DNA of 64,000 nucleotides from an uncultured Bacteroidales bacterium (GTDB taxonomy: Bacteria > Bacteroidota > Bacteroidia > Bacteroidales > GCA-2748055), in NCBI GenBank assembly GCA_963779845.1, contig CAVZZV010000006.1, forward strand, positions 226,595 to 290,594. The letters are read 5' to 3'. The notes beneath the pieces were generated by a model, which made no database searches, was not told the origin of the DNA, and saw only the letters and a program-made list of their open reading frames with translations. The position numbers and the translations under genes are program-made. How positions within the stretch are numbered: position 1 is the first letter of the stretch; each line of letters starts with the position of its first letter. Below, one piece after another: positions 18,489-29,508 of this stretch.

Positions 18489-19771
18489 ATGATAAAGGAA
18501 AAAAACAGTCCCACCCCCGGCTATCTCGATATGCAACTGCTCCGTTTTACCACGGCCGGTAGCGTGGACGATGGAAAAAGCACCCTTATTGGCCGACTTT
18601 ATACGACAGCAAATCCATTTTTGAAGATCAGATGGAGGCTGTGAAATTAGCGAGCGAGCGGAGGGGAGAAGAGCAGGTTAACCTTGCTCTGCTAACCGAC
18701 GGCTTACGAGCGGAACGGGAACAGGGAATCACCATTGATGTGGCTTACCGCTACTTTGCCACCCCGAAAAGAAAATTTATCATTGCCGACACACCCGGAC
18801 ATATTCAATATACCCGAAATATGGTAACCGGGGCCTCTACGGCGAACCTTGCCATTATCCTGATCGATGCCCGAAACGGGGTGCTTGAGCAAACCATTCG
18901 GCATGCCTATCTTGCTTCATTGCTCAGGATTCCACATGTGGTAATCTGCATCAACAAGATGGATTTGGTGGAATACAAAGAAGAACGGTTTGAAGAGATA
19001 AAAAGCCACTTTGAACAGTTCTCATCCAAACTGGATATCAAGGATATCCGTTTCATTCCCATTTCAGCCCTAAAAGGGGACAATGTCGTAGACCGGTCGA
19101 AAAATATGACCTGGTATGATGGCCCTACCCTCCTCTACCTGCTTGAGACAATTCATATTGCCAGCGACCTGAATTTTGTCGATGGCCGGTTTCCCGTTCA
19201 GTATATTATCCGTCCTATGAAAGATGAATACCATGACTACCGCGGGTATGCAGGGCGTGTTGCCGGAGGTATTTTCAGGAAGGGGGATAAGGTGAAGGTA
19301 CTTCCTTCTGGTTTCAGTTCCACCATCACCTCCATTGATACCTACCAGGGTGAATTAGAGAAGGCTTTCCCCCCCATGTCGGTAACCCTGAATTTGAGCG
19401 ATGACATCGACATCAGCAGGGGCGACATGATCGTCTTGGACAATAAGGAACCTGAAGTAAGCCAGGACGTAGAGCTTATGATGTGTTGGATGAGTGAAAA
19501 ACCCATGGCCCTGAACGGGAAATATACTGTCAGGCATACCACCCATGAAGTGCGCTGCCTGATAAAAGAGGTGGTCTATAAGATGGATATCAACAACCTT
19601 GAGAAAAATTACGGAGATAAAGCCATAGGCCTTAACGAAATTGCGCGGATCAAAATCAGGACCACCAAGCCATTGCTGTTCGATTCATACAGGATAAACC
19701 GGCTGACAGGAAGCTTGATTCTTGTGGAAGAGGGAACAAACAATACTGTTGGCGCGGGGATGATTATCTAA
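18489..19771 (+). pseudogene. cysN: sulfate adenylyltransferase subunit 1 (GTPase), one frameshift near 18598-18600; probably a sequencing artefact
   Basis: ATG 18489 gives MIKEKNSPTPGYLDMQLLRFTTAGSVDDGKSTLIGRL, then the frame is lost. Restoring one T in the TTT run (CTTTATAC to CTTTTATAC) gives GRLLYDSKSIFEDQMEAV, continuous with ORF 18632..19771. GTPase motifs G1 GSVDDGKST, G3 DTPGH and G4 NKMD are present. Confidence 0.88.
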
Positions 19772-19781
19772 AAAGATAAAC

Positions 19782-19815
19782 AAAAAAAAAGGCTGCCGGT
19801 GGCAGCCTTTTTTTA
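19782..19815. terminator. bidirectional rho-independent terminator between convergent cysN and the PUL lipoprotein gene
   Basis: A9 run, stem GGCTGCC 19791-19797, loop GGT, stem GGCAGCC 19801-19807, then T7. Confidence 0.75.
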
Positions 19816-19834
19816 TGCTTAATTGCAGTTCCCT

Positions 19835-20818
19835 CTACTGTACCATGCGAAATGGCTTAAGAGGTGCAGGATAGAAATTCGAAGTGTGGCTTGATTTCTT
19901 GCCTGGAATATCTGCTGGAACCGTAGAAATCGTATAAATGATGGGTAAGCCCCCAAAACAGCCAGCATCAACACAGAACCCATTAATATAAACAACCAGT
20001 TCCTGGTCACAGGTATTTACGGTACCGCTAATAGCGCTCCAGGTCGGATCGTTATAGCCAAAAACCTCTGCCCCCATCAACTGTTCATCAGGGTTACCTG
20101 AAATGCTGTAATCATAGGTGGATACTACAAGTTTAAGTTCCCAGGTTGGATCAAATATCCCCTGAACGATAATTCCAAAATCATCCCCGGTATAATCAGG
20201 ATCACGAATAACCATTCCCTGATAATCATACACATCGGGAGCCCAGTTCTCGTTGATGTCGACAACTCCCAAATAATCCTCTTCAACAAATTCGCAAGGA
20301 ACGGGAATTGAAATATTTGGAGCGCCTCCTTTTAGAACTCCCATAATATTAATGATACTGGAGGCATTAGCCGGCTTCCCGTTTGAAAGGTAAGCAGGTA
20401 GAAATGTACCGTCCGAAAGTGTAATATTGGTAAAAATATTGAACATATCCCCTGCCTGTATGTCAGTGGTAGAACTGAGTTCATCAATTACATCCACAAT
20501 TTTCTGAGAGGTTATTTCAACCGTGGAGGGTACCGATTCAATAGTTTGAAGAAGATAGGGCTTGGTATAATCATTATTGTATACCACCATTATCTCCAAC
20601 TTTTGGAAATCTGAATCAAAGAGAACGTCTACATCTGTAGTGAGACTATAGGAACCCGGATCAGAAACATTGATAAAGGGATCTGATTCAGTTACAATAA
20701 AAAGGCCGGCATCGGCCACTTTTATTTCATCGGGCATTCTGCCATTGGTATCCCGCTCGCAGGACAAGACAAATACCCCCAATGAAAAAAGTAATAATAT
20801 ATGACTTAAGTATTTCAT
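19835..20818 (-). CDS. uncharacterized surface lipoprotein encoded downstream of SusD (possible SusE/F-like binding protein)
   Basis: 327 aa with lipoprotein signal MKYLSHILLLFSLGVFVLSC. I recognise no family. It is acidic, with clustered Cys near the C-terminus (TCDQELVVYINGFCVDAGC). The gene starts 27 bp after the SusD stop. Confidence 0.55.
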   Translation of the reverse strand: MKYLSHILLLFSLGVFVLSCERDTNGRMPDEIKVADAGLFIVTESDPFINVSDPGSYSLTTDVDVLFDSDFQKLEIMVVYNNDYTKPYLLQTIESVPSTVEITSQKIVDVIDELSSTTDIQAGDMFNIFTNITLSDGTFLPAYLSNGKPANASSIINIMGVLKGGAPNISIPVPCEFVEEDYLGVVDINENWAPDVYDYQGMVIRDPDYTGDDFGIIVQGIFDPTWELKLVVSTYDYSISGNPDEQLMGAEVFGYNDPTWSAISGTVNTCDQELVVYINGFCVDAGCFGGLPIIYTISTVPADIPGKKSSHTSNFYPAPLKPFRMVQ

Positions 20819-20844
20819 AGTTTTTTATTTAAAATTTTTTAAAA

Positions 20845-22515
20845 TTACTTATCCCAGAATATATTGTAGGTGGTAATAGTCTTTTGGTCAGGAGCATTTT
20901 CATTAAGGGACAGCTCGTCACTGGACCAAGGCCAGGAGAGGGGAAAATCCCTGTTACGTTGAACAGGAACAGGACCAGTTCCATCAGGTCCTCCGCTAAC
21001 AAATCCTCCTGGTGCCATCGCAGGATTTTCGGGGTCGAAGAGAACAGGATAGCCGGTTCTTCTATAATCTGTATATTGATCATGCGAGGTACCAAAACTT
21101 GAAATCCACTTTTGGGTCATAATTATTTCCAGTTTTTTCGAGGATGAAGCAGCATCAAAATCTTCTTCAACCGCAGTTAAATAGGCCTCATCATCACCGG
21201 AACCTACTAAATCGGGCACTGTTTGGTCGGGTGCTACGGCAGCCACAACCTGATCAACCTGAGCCAGGGAGGCTTCAACAGCCTTCATCGTCACTGTCTT
21301 AAGATCGGTATCAACACCGGCTTTACCGACTGCGACTAACTCGGCTTCGAGATACAGGCGGTCAGCATAGGTAAGCAGCCTGCAGGGAGCGGCACCTGTC
21401 CCGGTAGAGGTATTTAATCCTCCGTTCGGAGGAAGTGTTCCATCATCAAACTTTCCACCAACAGGATATATGCCCATCATGGTAAATATCTGACGACCGG
21501 CATGATCTCTGTTCAATCCGGTGGAGCCGAAATAGATAGATACAAACTCTCCATTCTTGTATTCCGGTTTTGGATCACTCGCACCACTGCTGTATTGATT
21601 TACAAAATAATAGGGAATCCTGGGATCAACAATATTGTTAAAAATATCAGGATTTTCCCCGTTCATGATTTCATAGAACCAGGGACTGATATAATTACTG
21701 ATCTGTCCACCTCCATACTCAGTCACGAATGCAGGGTTTCTGTTATCAGGAGCAGCTTCAGGTCCATAAGGAATGATGAAACTTTCACTCCACTTGCTGA
21801 TCAAGCCTGCTGGATTAGAAAGCAGGGCGGTGACTGCGGCCTGATCAAACATATCATCGAGCCTTACCTGAGTGTAGAGTTTTAACTGAAGTGTCCGGGC
21901 GGCTTTTTTCCATTTGGTGATACTTCCATTGTAAATGATATCATCTGCTCCCGGTTCAATAAGGTTTTCAGATTCCTCGTTATCAAGATCGGCAAGACCA
22001 TCGTTGAGCAATTGGAAAATGCTACCATAGATGGCCTTTTGATCATCAAATACAGGATTAACGATTCCCTTAACGTTGGCTTCAGTAAAAGGAACATCGC
22101 CATAAAGGTCGACGAGGGTACTGTAAACATATGCTTTGAGCACTTTACCAATACCTGCGTAATGGGAATTGTCCGTATTCTCTGCAAGATCTATAATTAA
22201 CTCAACATCCTGCATTACATCCGCATAAAATACCGGCCAATAGGCATTGACGGCAAAAGAACTACCGGTTATTCCATAATTATCATATTCCGGTTCTCTG
22301 GAAGAAAGCTGGTGCATAAATGTGGCAGTAGCATATCCCACAGATCCAAAATCATAGACAAAGATACTTCCGATACCGTCCTCAATTCCCGGTAGCAACT
22401 TCTGAATATTTGGTTCAGAGGGCTGATTGGGATCATGGTTGATATCCAGAAAATCTTCACAGCCAGCTGCCCCTATCAAGAGCACGGCAAGCAAAAAGAT
22501 TTTTATTCTCTTCAT
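20845..22515 (-). CDS. SusD/RagB family nutrient-binding outer-membrane lipoprotein
   Basis: 556 aa. Lipoprotein signal LLIGAAGC followed by EDFLDINHDPNQP, typical of SusD-like proteins. It lies 22 bp downstream of SusC. Confidence 0.92.
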   Translation of the reverse strand: MKRIKIFLLAVLLIGAAGCEDFLDINHDPNQPSEPNIQKLLPGIEDGIGSIFVYDFGSVGYATATFMHQLSSREPEYDNYGITGSSFAVNAYWPVFYADVMQDVELIIDLAENTDNSHYAGIGKVLKAYVYSTLVDLYGDVPFTEANVKGIVNPVFDDQKAIYGSIFQLLNDGLADLDNEESENLIEPGADDIIYNGSITKWKKAARTLQLKLYTQVRLDDMFDQAAVTALLSNPAGLISKWSESFIIPYGPEAAPDNRNPAFVTEYGGGQISNYISPWFYEIMNGENPDIFNNIVDPRIPYYFVNQYSSGASDPKPEYKNGEFVSIYFGSTGLNRDHAGRQIFTMMGIYPVGGKFDDGTLPPNGGLNTSTGTGAAPCRLLTYADRLYLEAELVAVGKAGVDTDLKTVTMKAVEASLAQVDQVVAAVAPDQTVPDLVGSGDDEAYLTAVEEDFDAASSSKKLEIIMTQKWISSFGTSHDQYTDYRRTGYPVLFDPENPAMAPGGFVSGGPDGTGPVPVQRNRDFPLSWPWSSDELSLNENAPDQKTITTYNIFWDK

Positions 22516-22536
22516 AATATTTATTATTAAATGTTA

Positions 22537-25500
22537 TTAAAATGATAACTTAAGGTTAAACCCTATTCTCTTCACAGATGGTGCCACTGAATATTCAATA
22601 CCCTGAACATTGGAGTTTCCATAACCGTTAACATCGGGATCAAAGTTTGTAAATTCCGGTATGTTAGGGGCAAAATACCAAAGGTTTCTTCCGGTAATAC
22701 TAAATACTGCCGCACCAAATGGGGTTCTGTCAAGTAGCTTTTTCGGGAATGAGTATCCAAGCGTAATTTCCCTCAACCTGAGGGTTGTACCGTCATAGAC
22801 ATTCCAGTAACCGGCTGAATTTATAGCGAAAGACTCACCGAAATACAAATCATTAATAGTTACCTGTGTTACATTCTGTATTGGATCCCCATTGGAGTCA
22901 AGAATGGGGTCCCCGGTATTCGGGTTTCCATATACACCGGGGATGATGACTGTTTTTTCCCTGTCTTCCGTATCCTTGGTTACCCCACGCCCCAGCAATG
23001 TTGCGATTGAGGTTGAGTATATATCTCCACCTTTCCGGTAATCAAGCATTAGATCAAGGGATAAACCTTTGTAGGAAAAAGTATTGGTTAAACTACTGAG
23101 GAAATCAGGGTTTGGATCACCATAAAAATCAAGTTCAGTATCCCTGATCAATAAACCTGTTCCCTGATCGATCAATAATTGACCTTCAAAGGTTGCATTT
23201 TTTTCACCATAGAACACGCCATAAGGTTGTCCAATGGCAAGGTAGGCACTTGGGTCCCCAAACAATCCGGCAATTGAAGTCTTATCAACTCCTTCCACTA
23301 TTGCTTTTACTTCACTCTGATTCTTGGTAAAAGAGAGGAACATGGACCACTCAAAACCGGTGGTGGTCTTGACAGGAACGAGATTCACACCAAGCTCAAT
23401 CCCTTTGTTGTTTAATTCGCCCACATTAGCATATTGATAAGTATAGCCTGAAGAAGGCGCAACTGCAATGGCACTGATCAGGTCAGTGGAGGTATTGTTG
23501 TACCATGTAAAATCAATACCGAATCGCCCGTTGTAAAATTCCAGGTTTGTACCGATTTCAAGTTCTGTTTTGAACTCAGGCGAAAGTGTTGAAGAATATC
23601 CTGTATTTGGAGTATACATGGCAGACTGCCCGCGAATGGGGTTGTACAAGCCATATGAATCGTATACAGAATAGGGACCAGCATCATTACCCACTTTACC
23701 CCATCCAAAACGGAGTTTACCAAAATTAAAGGCATTACTTTTCAATCCTTCAAATGCTTCAGTGAAAATAAATGAAAGGGAAGAGGCATAATAACTATAG
23801 GCATTTTTATCCGGAGGAAGAGTGGATGACCAGTCCCGGCGATAGGACAAGTTTAAATAGGCGTAACTGTCCCAGCCTAAGGTTACATCTCCAAAGGCTC
23901 CGACAAGTCTTCTCTCTGTAATACCTCCGCCGAATGGAACTACAGACTTCATGTTGTTCATGTCGTAAATATTTTCAACCGTCATACCTTTCCCTTGAAA
24001 TACTGACCGGTTTGAATTCCGCTGGTTCATGTTATGTCCTACCAATCCTGTGAAATCCAGATGTTCGCCAAATTGACGGTTAACAGTAAAAATGAGGTTT
24101 GATTCGAGTTCATTGAGACTGTATTCATCCGTTACCAGTCCGCCGGTTCCTTCATATCCCCTGGAACCAATATCGACAATCTGTTTACGGAACTGGCTGT
24201 AATTGTTTGCCCCAAGTTTGTAGGAAACAGACAACCAACTGGTAATATCGTAATTTAATCCGACATTGGCAACGATCCTGTCCATATCGGTGGTAATTTT
24301 GTTATGCCTCCATGACCACAGGGGATTATCGAACTGTGCCCCATTTGGCTGAAGAGGGCCTCCGCCTACCTTTTCATAGGGGTCCATGATCCAGGTTCTT
24401 CCAAGCCAAAGTGCTCTGGCAAAGGAAGAAGCTGCTTCAATGGAGGATGCCTGGTTATTACCAAAAATACCCCCCACCTGTTCGGAGTTTGTATAGGCCA
24501 GCGAGGCGTTGACTTTCAGTCCGTTTTCAAGTTTTGTATTTCCACCGACACTGGCACTATACCTGTTAAATGTGGAAAAAGGAATATAACTGTCATTATT
24601 AAGGGCCGAAGCGGTAAAGTTTACAGAGGAACGATCATTCCCGGCTGCAATGTTCAGGGAATTATCGTAGACAACTCCTGTATTAAAAAGATCCTTCACA
24701 TTATTGGGCTGGGCTACATATGGGAGTTTATTTCCAAAACCAAGCTTAACATAATCCTGAGACCAAACAGGGATTGAATCCAAGGAATCGAAACGGGGAC
24801 CCCAGGATCCATTTGCATTCGAATAATCAAAATTAGCTCCGGTGCCATAGGTATTTTGATATTCAGGAAGCTTGGCAATGGTTTCAAAGTTAACAGAACT
24901 GGTTAAGGTCACTTCCATTCCTTTCTTTGAGGCCTGGGCATTACCGGATTTGGTACTGATAATGACCACACCGTTCATAGCCCTGGAGCCATAAAGGGCG
25001 GCAGCAGCAGCACCTTTTAAGATGGACATAGAAGCAATATTATTTGGATCAAGGGTGGAAAGGGCGCTACCATAGGCTCCACCACCTTCACTCTGATCGG
25101 TAGTAGTCACCATAACATTACTGTAAGGAACTCCATCCACAACAAATAATGGCTGGTTTTCTCCGAGAAATGAGGAGTTACCCCTGATGGTTATCCTTGT
25201 CGCTGAACCAGGAGCACCACTGGAGGACCGGATGTCTACCCCGGGTACCTTTCCCTGTAATGCCTTAAGAAGGTCGGGCTCTGATTTTTGAACCGTCTGA
25301 CTGGCATCGACGTTAACCATGGAGTAGCCCAGGGCTTTTTGCTGACGCGAGATTCCGATAGCGGTAACAACAACTTCATCAAGATTTAGTGCATCTGGTT
25401 CCATTACCACATCAATCACGGTCCTGCCGTTGATTGGAACTTCCTCCGCTCTCATTCCCACGAAGGTAAAGACGAGAGTGGTTGCCTCGGAAGGCACTGA

Positions 25501-25687
25501 TAACTGAATAATCACCATTGACATCAGTTACCGTACCAACTGTAGTTCCTTTAACCACAACCGATACTCCAGGTAATGCTGCCCCGTCTTCCGAACCGGT
25601 CACATTACCCGAAATCTGTACACCCTGTGCCTGCAACCCAAAGGCCGCGTACATCAGGAATGCCAGTAATACGGCAAATCTTTTCAT
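22537..25687 (-). pseudogene. SusC/RagA family TonB-dependent outer-membrane transporter, one frameshift near 25503-25508
   Basis: ORF 25412..25687 encodes the signal peptide plus a carboxypeptidase-regulatory-like domain (ISGNVTGSEDGAALPGVSVVVKGTTVGTVTDVNGDYS). ORF 22537..25524 continues in another frame with (I)QLSVPSEATTLVFTFVGM, the plug (VVVTAIGISRQQKALGYS) and the barrel, ending in F. No STN domain is present. Confidence 0.9.
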
Positions 25688-25737
25688 AAATAGAAATTTT
25701 TTAGGTTTATAAATAGTTAATAAAAGATATTTGATGC

Positions 25738-25745
25738 CAAATCTA
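25738..25745 (-). promoter_or_regulatory. candidate -7 box (TAGATTTG) for the susC-susD-lipoprotein operon
   Basis: Plus-strand CAAATCTA is minus-strand TAGATTTG, 50 nt upstream of the susC ATG at 25687, inside a 325-bp AT-rich spacer. Confidence 0.35.
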
Positions 25746-26012
25746 TAAAAAATTTATTATAATATAATCAAGGCATTTCAAAATTCATAAGCAATTCCAA
25801 AACGTACGACCACTCTTATAATTCATAATTAATTTGTTACGGATGCAAAAATATGTTAAAAATTCTTAAAATAATAATTGAAATCCATGATATAAGTCAT
25901 ATTTAGACCACTTTTAATGAGATTTTTCTCCGAAGCAAACCCTAAAAACGCCATTCAAAACTTCCAATTAGCCATGGTAGAATATAAAACAGGAAATTAA
26001 AAACGGATAATC

Positions 26013-27042
26013 TCAATCGGTAAGATGATTTTTGAGGCAGTATTCAATGATTCTCTCTTCAGGGTGAAAAGAAGTCAGATCACTCAATCCCAGGGATTTG
26101 ACCGCTAAAGAAATTAAATCCTCCCCCGCCAGCACGCTGCTCCTCTCCGTTGACCTTTGATGAAAATACCGGCCAGCCTCCAGCAAGGCAGGCAAGGGAA
26201 CCAGTCCGATCAATTCTGACCCGGTAACGCCGATGCCAAGGCTGTCCGCTACTCTTTTTACCTCTTCAAAGGCGGTATGTATAGGTGTGACGGAAAGATC
26301 GGTAAGGTTCATACTTACCTGAGCCCTTCCATACTCTTCCATATACCAGGCCATAGCCCTGACGGATTTAAGGGTTCCTCGGAATATACTGCATTTCCCC
26401 GTTTTCCATTCTTCTCCTTCCCTTTTCCCGAATCGTCAAGGCTATTTCATTGGCAAGAGGAACAGAATCTGTATTCAGATTGACATTATAGGCAACAAGA
26501 AAATTTCGGGCACCTACTGCAATAGCACCCGAACGTGCATTGAATGTGGCTTTTCCAAAATCAGGAATCCATTTCACCTCTTTCAATCTTTTTCTGAGGC
26601 CTTCATACTGGACGGAACGCACAGATGCCAGGTTCTGGCGCTCCTTAACAAAAGCAGCCTTATCATAACAATATACGGGAATATCGAGTTCCTTTCCTAT
26701 TCTTTCGGCTAGTGAACGGGCATATCGTATGGTTTCTTCCATGCTGATACCCGAAACAGGAATAAGGGGACAGACATCGGTCGCGCCAAAACGAGGATGG
26801 ACACCGCGGTGGGTAGCCATATCTATGAGCCGGGATGCCGTTTGCACAGAACGGAATGCCGCCTGGACAACTGCTCCGGGTATTCCGGCAAAAGTCATTA
26901 CCGTCCGGTTGGCTGATTTACCAATATCGACATTCAGCAATTTTACCCCCTCAACGGATTGAATGCTTGCAGCAATCTGCTCAATTACGGGAAGGACACG
27001 GCCTTCGGAAAAATTGGGAACGCATTCCAGAATTTGGTTCAT
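26013..27042 (-). pseudogene. ftcD: glutamate formimidoyltransferase, one frameshift near 26379-26382
   Basis: N-terminal ORF 26368..27042: MNQILECVPNFSEGR... C-terminal ORF 26013..26354. Extending the C-terminal frame upstream gives GTLKSVRAMAWYMEEYGRAQVSMNL. Removing one base in CCGAGG joins ...YIPGTLKSVRAMAW. Confidence 0.85.
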
Positions 27043-27285
27043 AATAACAGAACTATTTTACTCTTATATCCTTTCCCTACCCTTACTCCTCCTGAGTATT
27101 CCCCTTTAAACAAATTTATGATGAAAATAAAATTTTGAATGAAATTGATAAATCTGTTCGTATTATGTTTGATGAACCCTGATCTTAATTTCAGGGCACA
27201 AGTTACCCATTTTTGACAAACAAAAATTCTAATTTACGCTTGGTTCTTAAAAACCATTCAAAAAATAATTTTTCACAATTTGAAC

Positions 27286-27293
27286 TATCTTTG
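27286..27293 (+). promoter_or_regulatory. candidate -7 box (TATCTTTG) upstream of tex
   Basis: Matches TAnnTTTG, 22 nt upstream of the ATG at 27315. Confidence 0.35.
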
Positions 27294-27314
27294 CTTTTGA
27301 AATATTTCAACCTC

Positions 27315-29438
27315 ATGGATTACTCATCACTTATATCTCTCCGCACGAACCTGCTTGTTAAAAACATTGCAAATGCCATTCGCTTAATGGAGGAGGGAGC
27401 AACCATCCCTTTTATCAGCCGCTACCGGAAAGAGATGACCGGAAGTATGGATGAGGAGCAGCTGGCTGTTGTAAAAGAGCAATTAAACAAGGCCAAAGAG
27501 CTCGACAAACGTCGTGAAACAGTGCTTAGAACAATTGAGGAACAGGGACACCTAAATCCTGAATTGAAAAGAAAGATTGAATCCTGCGACAATTTAACTT
27601 CCCTGGAAGACCTTTATCTCCCCTTTAAACCAAAAAAAAGAACCAGGGCAGGAATAGCCCGTGAAAAAGGTCTGGAACCGCTTGCGGAAATCATAATGAT
27701 GCAAAAAGAACCTAACCTGCAGAAAATAACCGCCAGGTTCCTCAACGAAAAGGTGGAGGATGAAGAGGCTGCTCTTGAAGGGGCAAGGGATATCATCGCG
27801 GAATGGATTAGCGAGGACCAGAATGCCAGAAATACGGTTCGGGGCTTTTTTGAAAAAGGGGCCGTGATTTCCTCTAAAATCACGAAAGGAAAAGAGGAGG
27901 AAGGAATTAAATTCAAGGACTATTTCGAGTTCAGTGAACCTCTGCGCAAATGCCCATCCCACCGCTTGCTCGCGATGCTCAGAGGGGAAAAGGAGGGTAT
28001 TCTGAAAATCAGCATTCAGCCCGATCCGGAACCCCTCCTTGTCCGTCTGAAGAGGCTGTTTATAACCGGGACCTCCGAGTCTTCCCGACACGTGGAGTTA
28101 GCCATTACCGACTCATGGAAGAGGCTTCTGTCCCCCTCCATTGAAAATGAATTTAAAAATTTGTCCAAGGAAAAAGCCGACTCGGAGGCAATAAGGGTTT
28201 TTGCCGAAAACCTGCGTCAGCTTCTCCTTGCTCCCCCCCTGGGTCAAAAAGCGGTTTTGGCTATTGATCCGGGCTTTCGCACCGGATGCAAAGTTACCTG
28301 CCTGGATAAACAGGGCAACCTCCAGCATAACGAAACCATTTATCCTCATCCCCCCCAGGAGGACAGACGAGGGGCAATGAAGAAAATCGACAGCCTGACA
28401 GAGCAGTACAAAATCGAAGCGATTGCCATTGGAAACGGAACGGCTGGAAGGGAAACGGAAAATTTCATCAGAAATATCAAATTTAACCGGGACCTTCAGG
28501 TTTTTGTGGTAAGCGAGGCGGGTGCCTCCATCTATTCGGCCTCAAAAGTGGCGCGGGAAGAATTTCCTGAATACGATGTAACAGTCAGAGGTTCGGTATC
28601 TATTGGTCGCCGATTGATGGACCCCTTGGCAGAACTCGTGAAGATTGAGCCCAAATCAATCGGTGTGGGTCAGTATCAGCACGATGTAGACCAGCATAAG
28701 TTAAAGGAAAGCCTGGATCAGGTAGTGGAAAATTGCGTTAACAGGGTCGGGGTCAATTTGAACACTGCCAGCAAACATCTGCTTACCTATGTTTCCGGAT
28801 TAGGCCCTGCCCTGGCACAGAATATCGTCAATTACCGCAAAGAAAACGGAGCTTTCAGGAATCGCAAGTCCCTGCTTAAAGTTCCCCGCATGGGAGCCAG
28901 TGCTTTTGAGCAATGCGCGGGCTTCCTGAGAATCGATAATCCGGATTATCCGCTGGATAATTCAGCAGTTCATCCTGAAAGTTATCATATTGTGGAGAAA
29001 ATGGCCTCCGATCTCAAAATCGGTATTGACGATCTGATCCGATCGGAAGAGCTCCGGTCTAAAGTGAAGATAGAAAATTATATAGATGGGAATACCGGGC
29101 TGCCCACGCTTAAGGATATTTTGTCTGAGTTGGCCAGGCCCGGACGTGATCCCCGGACAAAGATCGAAGTTTTCGAATTTTCGAAAGAAGTATTTAAGAT
29201 GGAGCAATTGCGGACCGGAATGATCCTGCCTGGAATTGTAACAAACATTACCAATTTCGGGGCCTTTGTCGATATTGGCGTGAAACAGGATGGCCTGGTG
29301 CATATATCACAGCTTGCCGACCGGTTTATCAAAGATCCGAATGAAGTGGTTAAACTGAACCAGCATGTAGAGGTGCAGGTACTGGAAGTGGATGTGCCCA
29401 GAAAACGAATTCAGCTTAGCATGAAATCCACCACATAG
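27315..29438 (+). CDS. tex: Tex family transcription accessory protein (YqgF-like, HhH and S1 RNA-binding domains)
   Basis: The ORF starts at 27213, but the conserved N-terminus begins at ATG 27315 (MDYSSLI...AIRLMEEGATIPFISRYRKE). C-terminal S1 domain: GMILPGIVTNITNFGAFVDIGVKQDGLVHISQL. Confidence 0.92.
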   Translation: MDYSSLISLRTNLLVKNIANAIRLMEEGATIPFISRYRKEMTGSMDEEQLAVVKEQLNKAKELDKRRETVLRTIEEQGHLNPELKRKIESCDNLTSLEDLYLPFKPKKRTRAGIAREKGLEPLAEIIMMQKEPNLQKITARFLNEKVEDEEAALEGARDIIAEWISEDQNARNTVRGFFEKGAVISSKITKGKEEEGIKFKDYFEFSEPLRKCPSHRLLAMLRGEKEGILKISIQPDPEPLLVRLKRLFITGTSESSRHVELAITDSWKRLLSPSIENEFKNLSKEKADSEAIRVFAENLRQLLLAPPLGQKAVLAIDPGFRTGCKVTCLDKQGNLQHNETIYPHPPQEDRRGAMKKIDSLTEQYKIEAIAIGNGTAGRETENFIRNIKFNRDLQVFVVSEAGASIYSASKVAREEFPEYDVTVRGSVSIGRRLMDPLAELVKIEPKSIGVGQYQHDVDQHKLKESLDQVVENCVNRVGVNLNTASKHLLTYVSGLGPALAQNIVNYRKENGAFRNRKSLLKVPRMGASAFEQCAGFLRIDNPDYPLDNSAVHPESYHIVEKMASDLKIGIDDLIRSEELRSKVKIENYIDGNTGLPTLKDILSELARPGRDPRTKIEVFEFSKEVFKMEQLRTGMILPGIVTNITNFGAFVDIGVKQDGLVHISQLADRFIKDPNEVVKLNQHVEVQVLEVDVPRKRIQLSMKSTT

Positions 29439-29508
29439 ATTTTTATCCTTTGAACATAATGCAGGGATTTCTGTCTATACCATCAACATATAAAATTAGA
29501 GCATTCTT

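Noticed and set aside
27177-27196. 6-bp hairpin CCCTGA-N8-TCAGGG in the ftcD-tex spacer
   Set aside because: It has no flanking U-run, a short stem, and lies upstream of both divergent genes. It is not a credible terminator or a known motif.
27594-28091. 165-aa minus-strand ORF inside tex. The same reasoning covers similar ORFs at 9227..9712, 32863..33312, 38372..38809 and 17736..18170.
   Set aside because: All lie inside, antisense to, or out of frame with strongly supported genes, and all lack motifs. I treat them as non-coding shadows.
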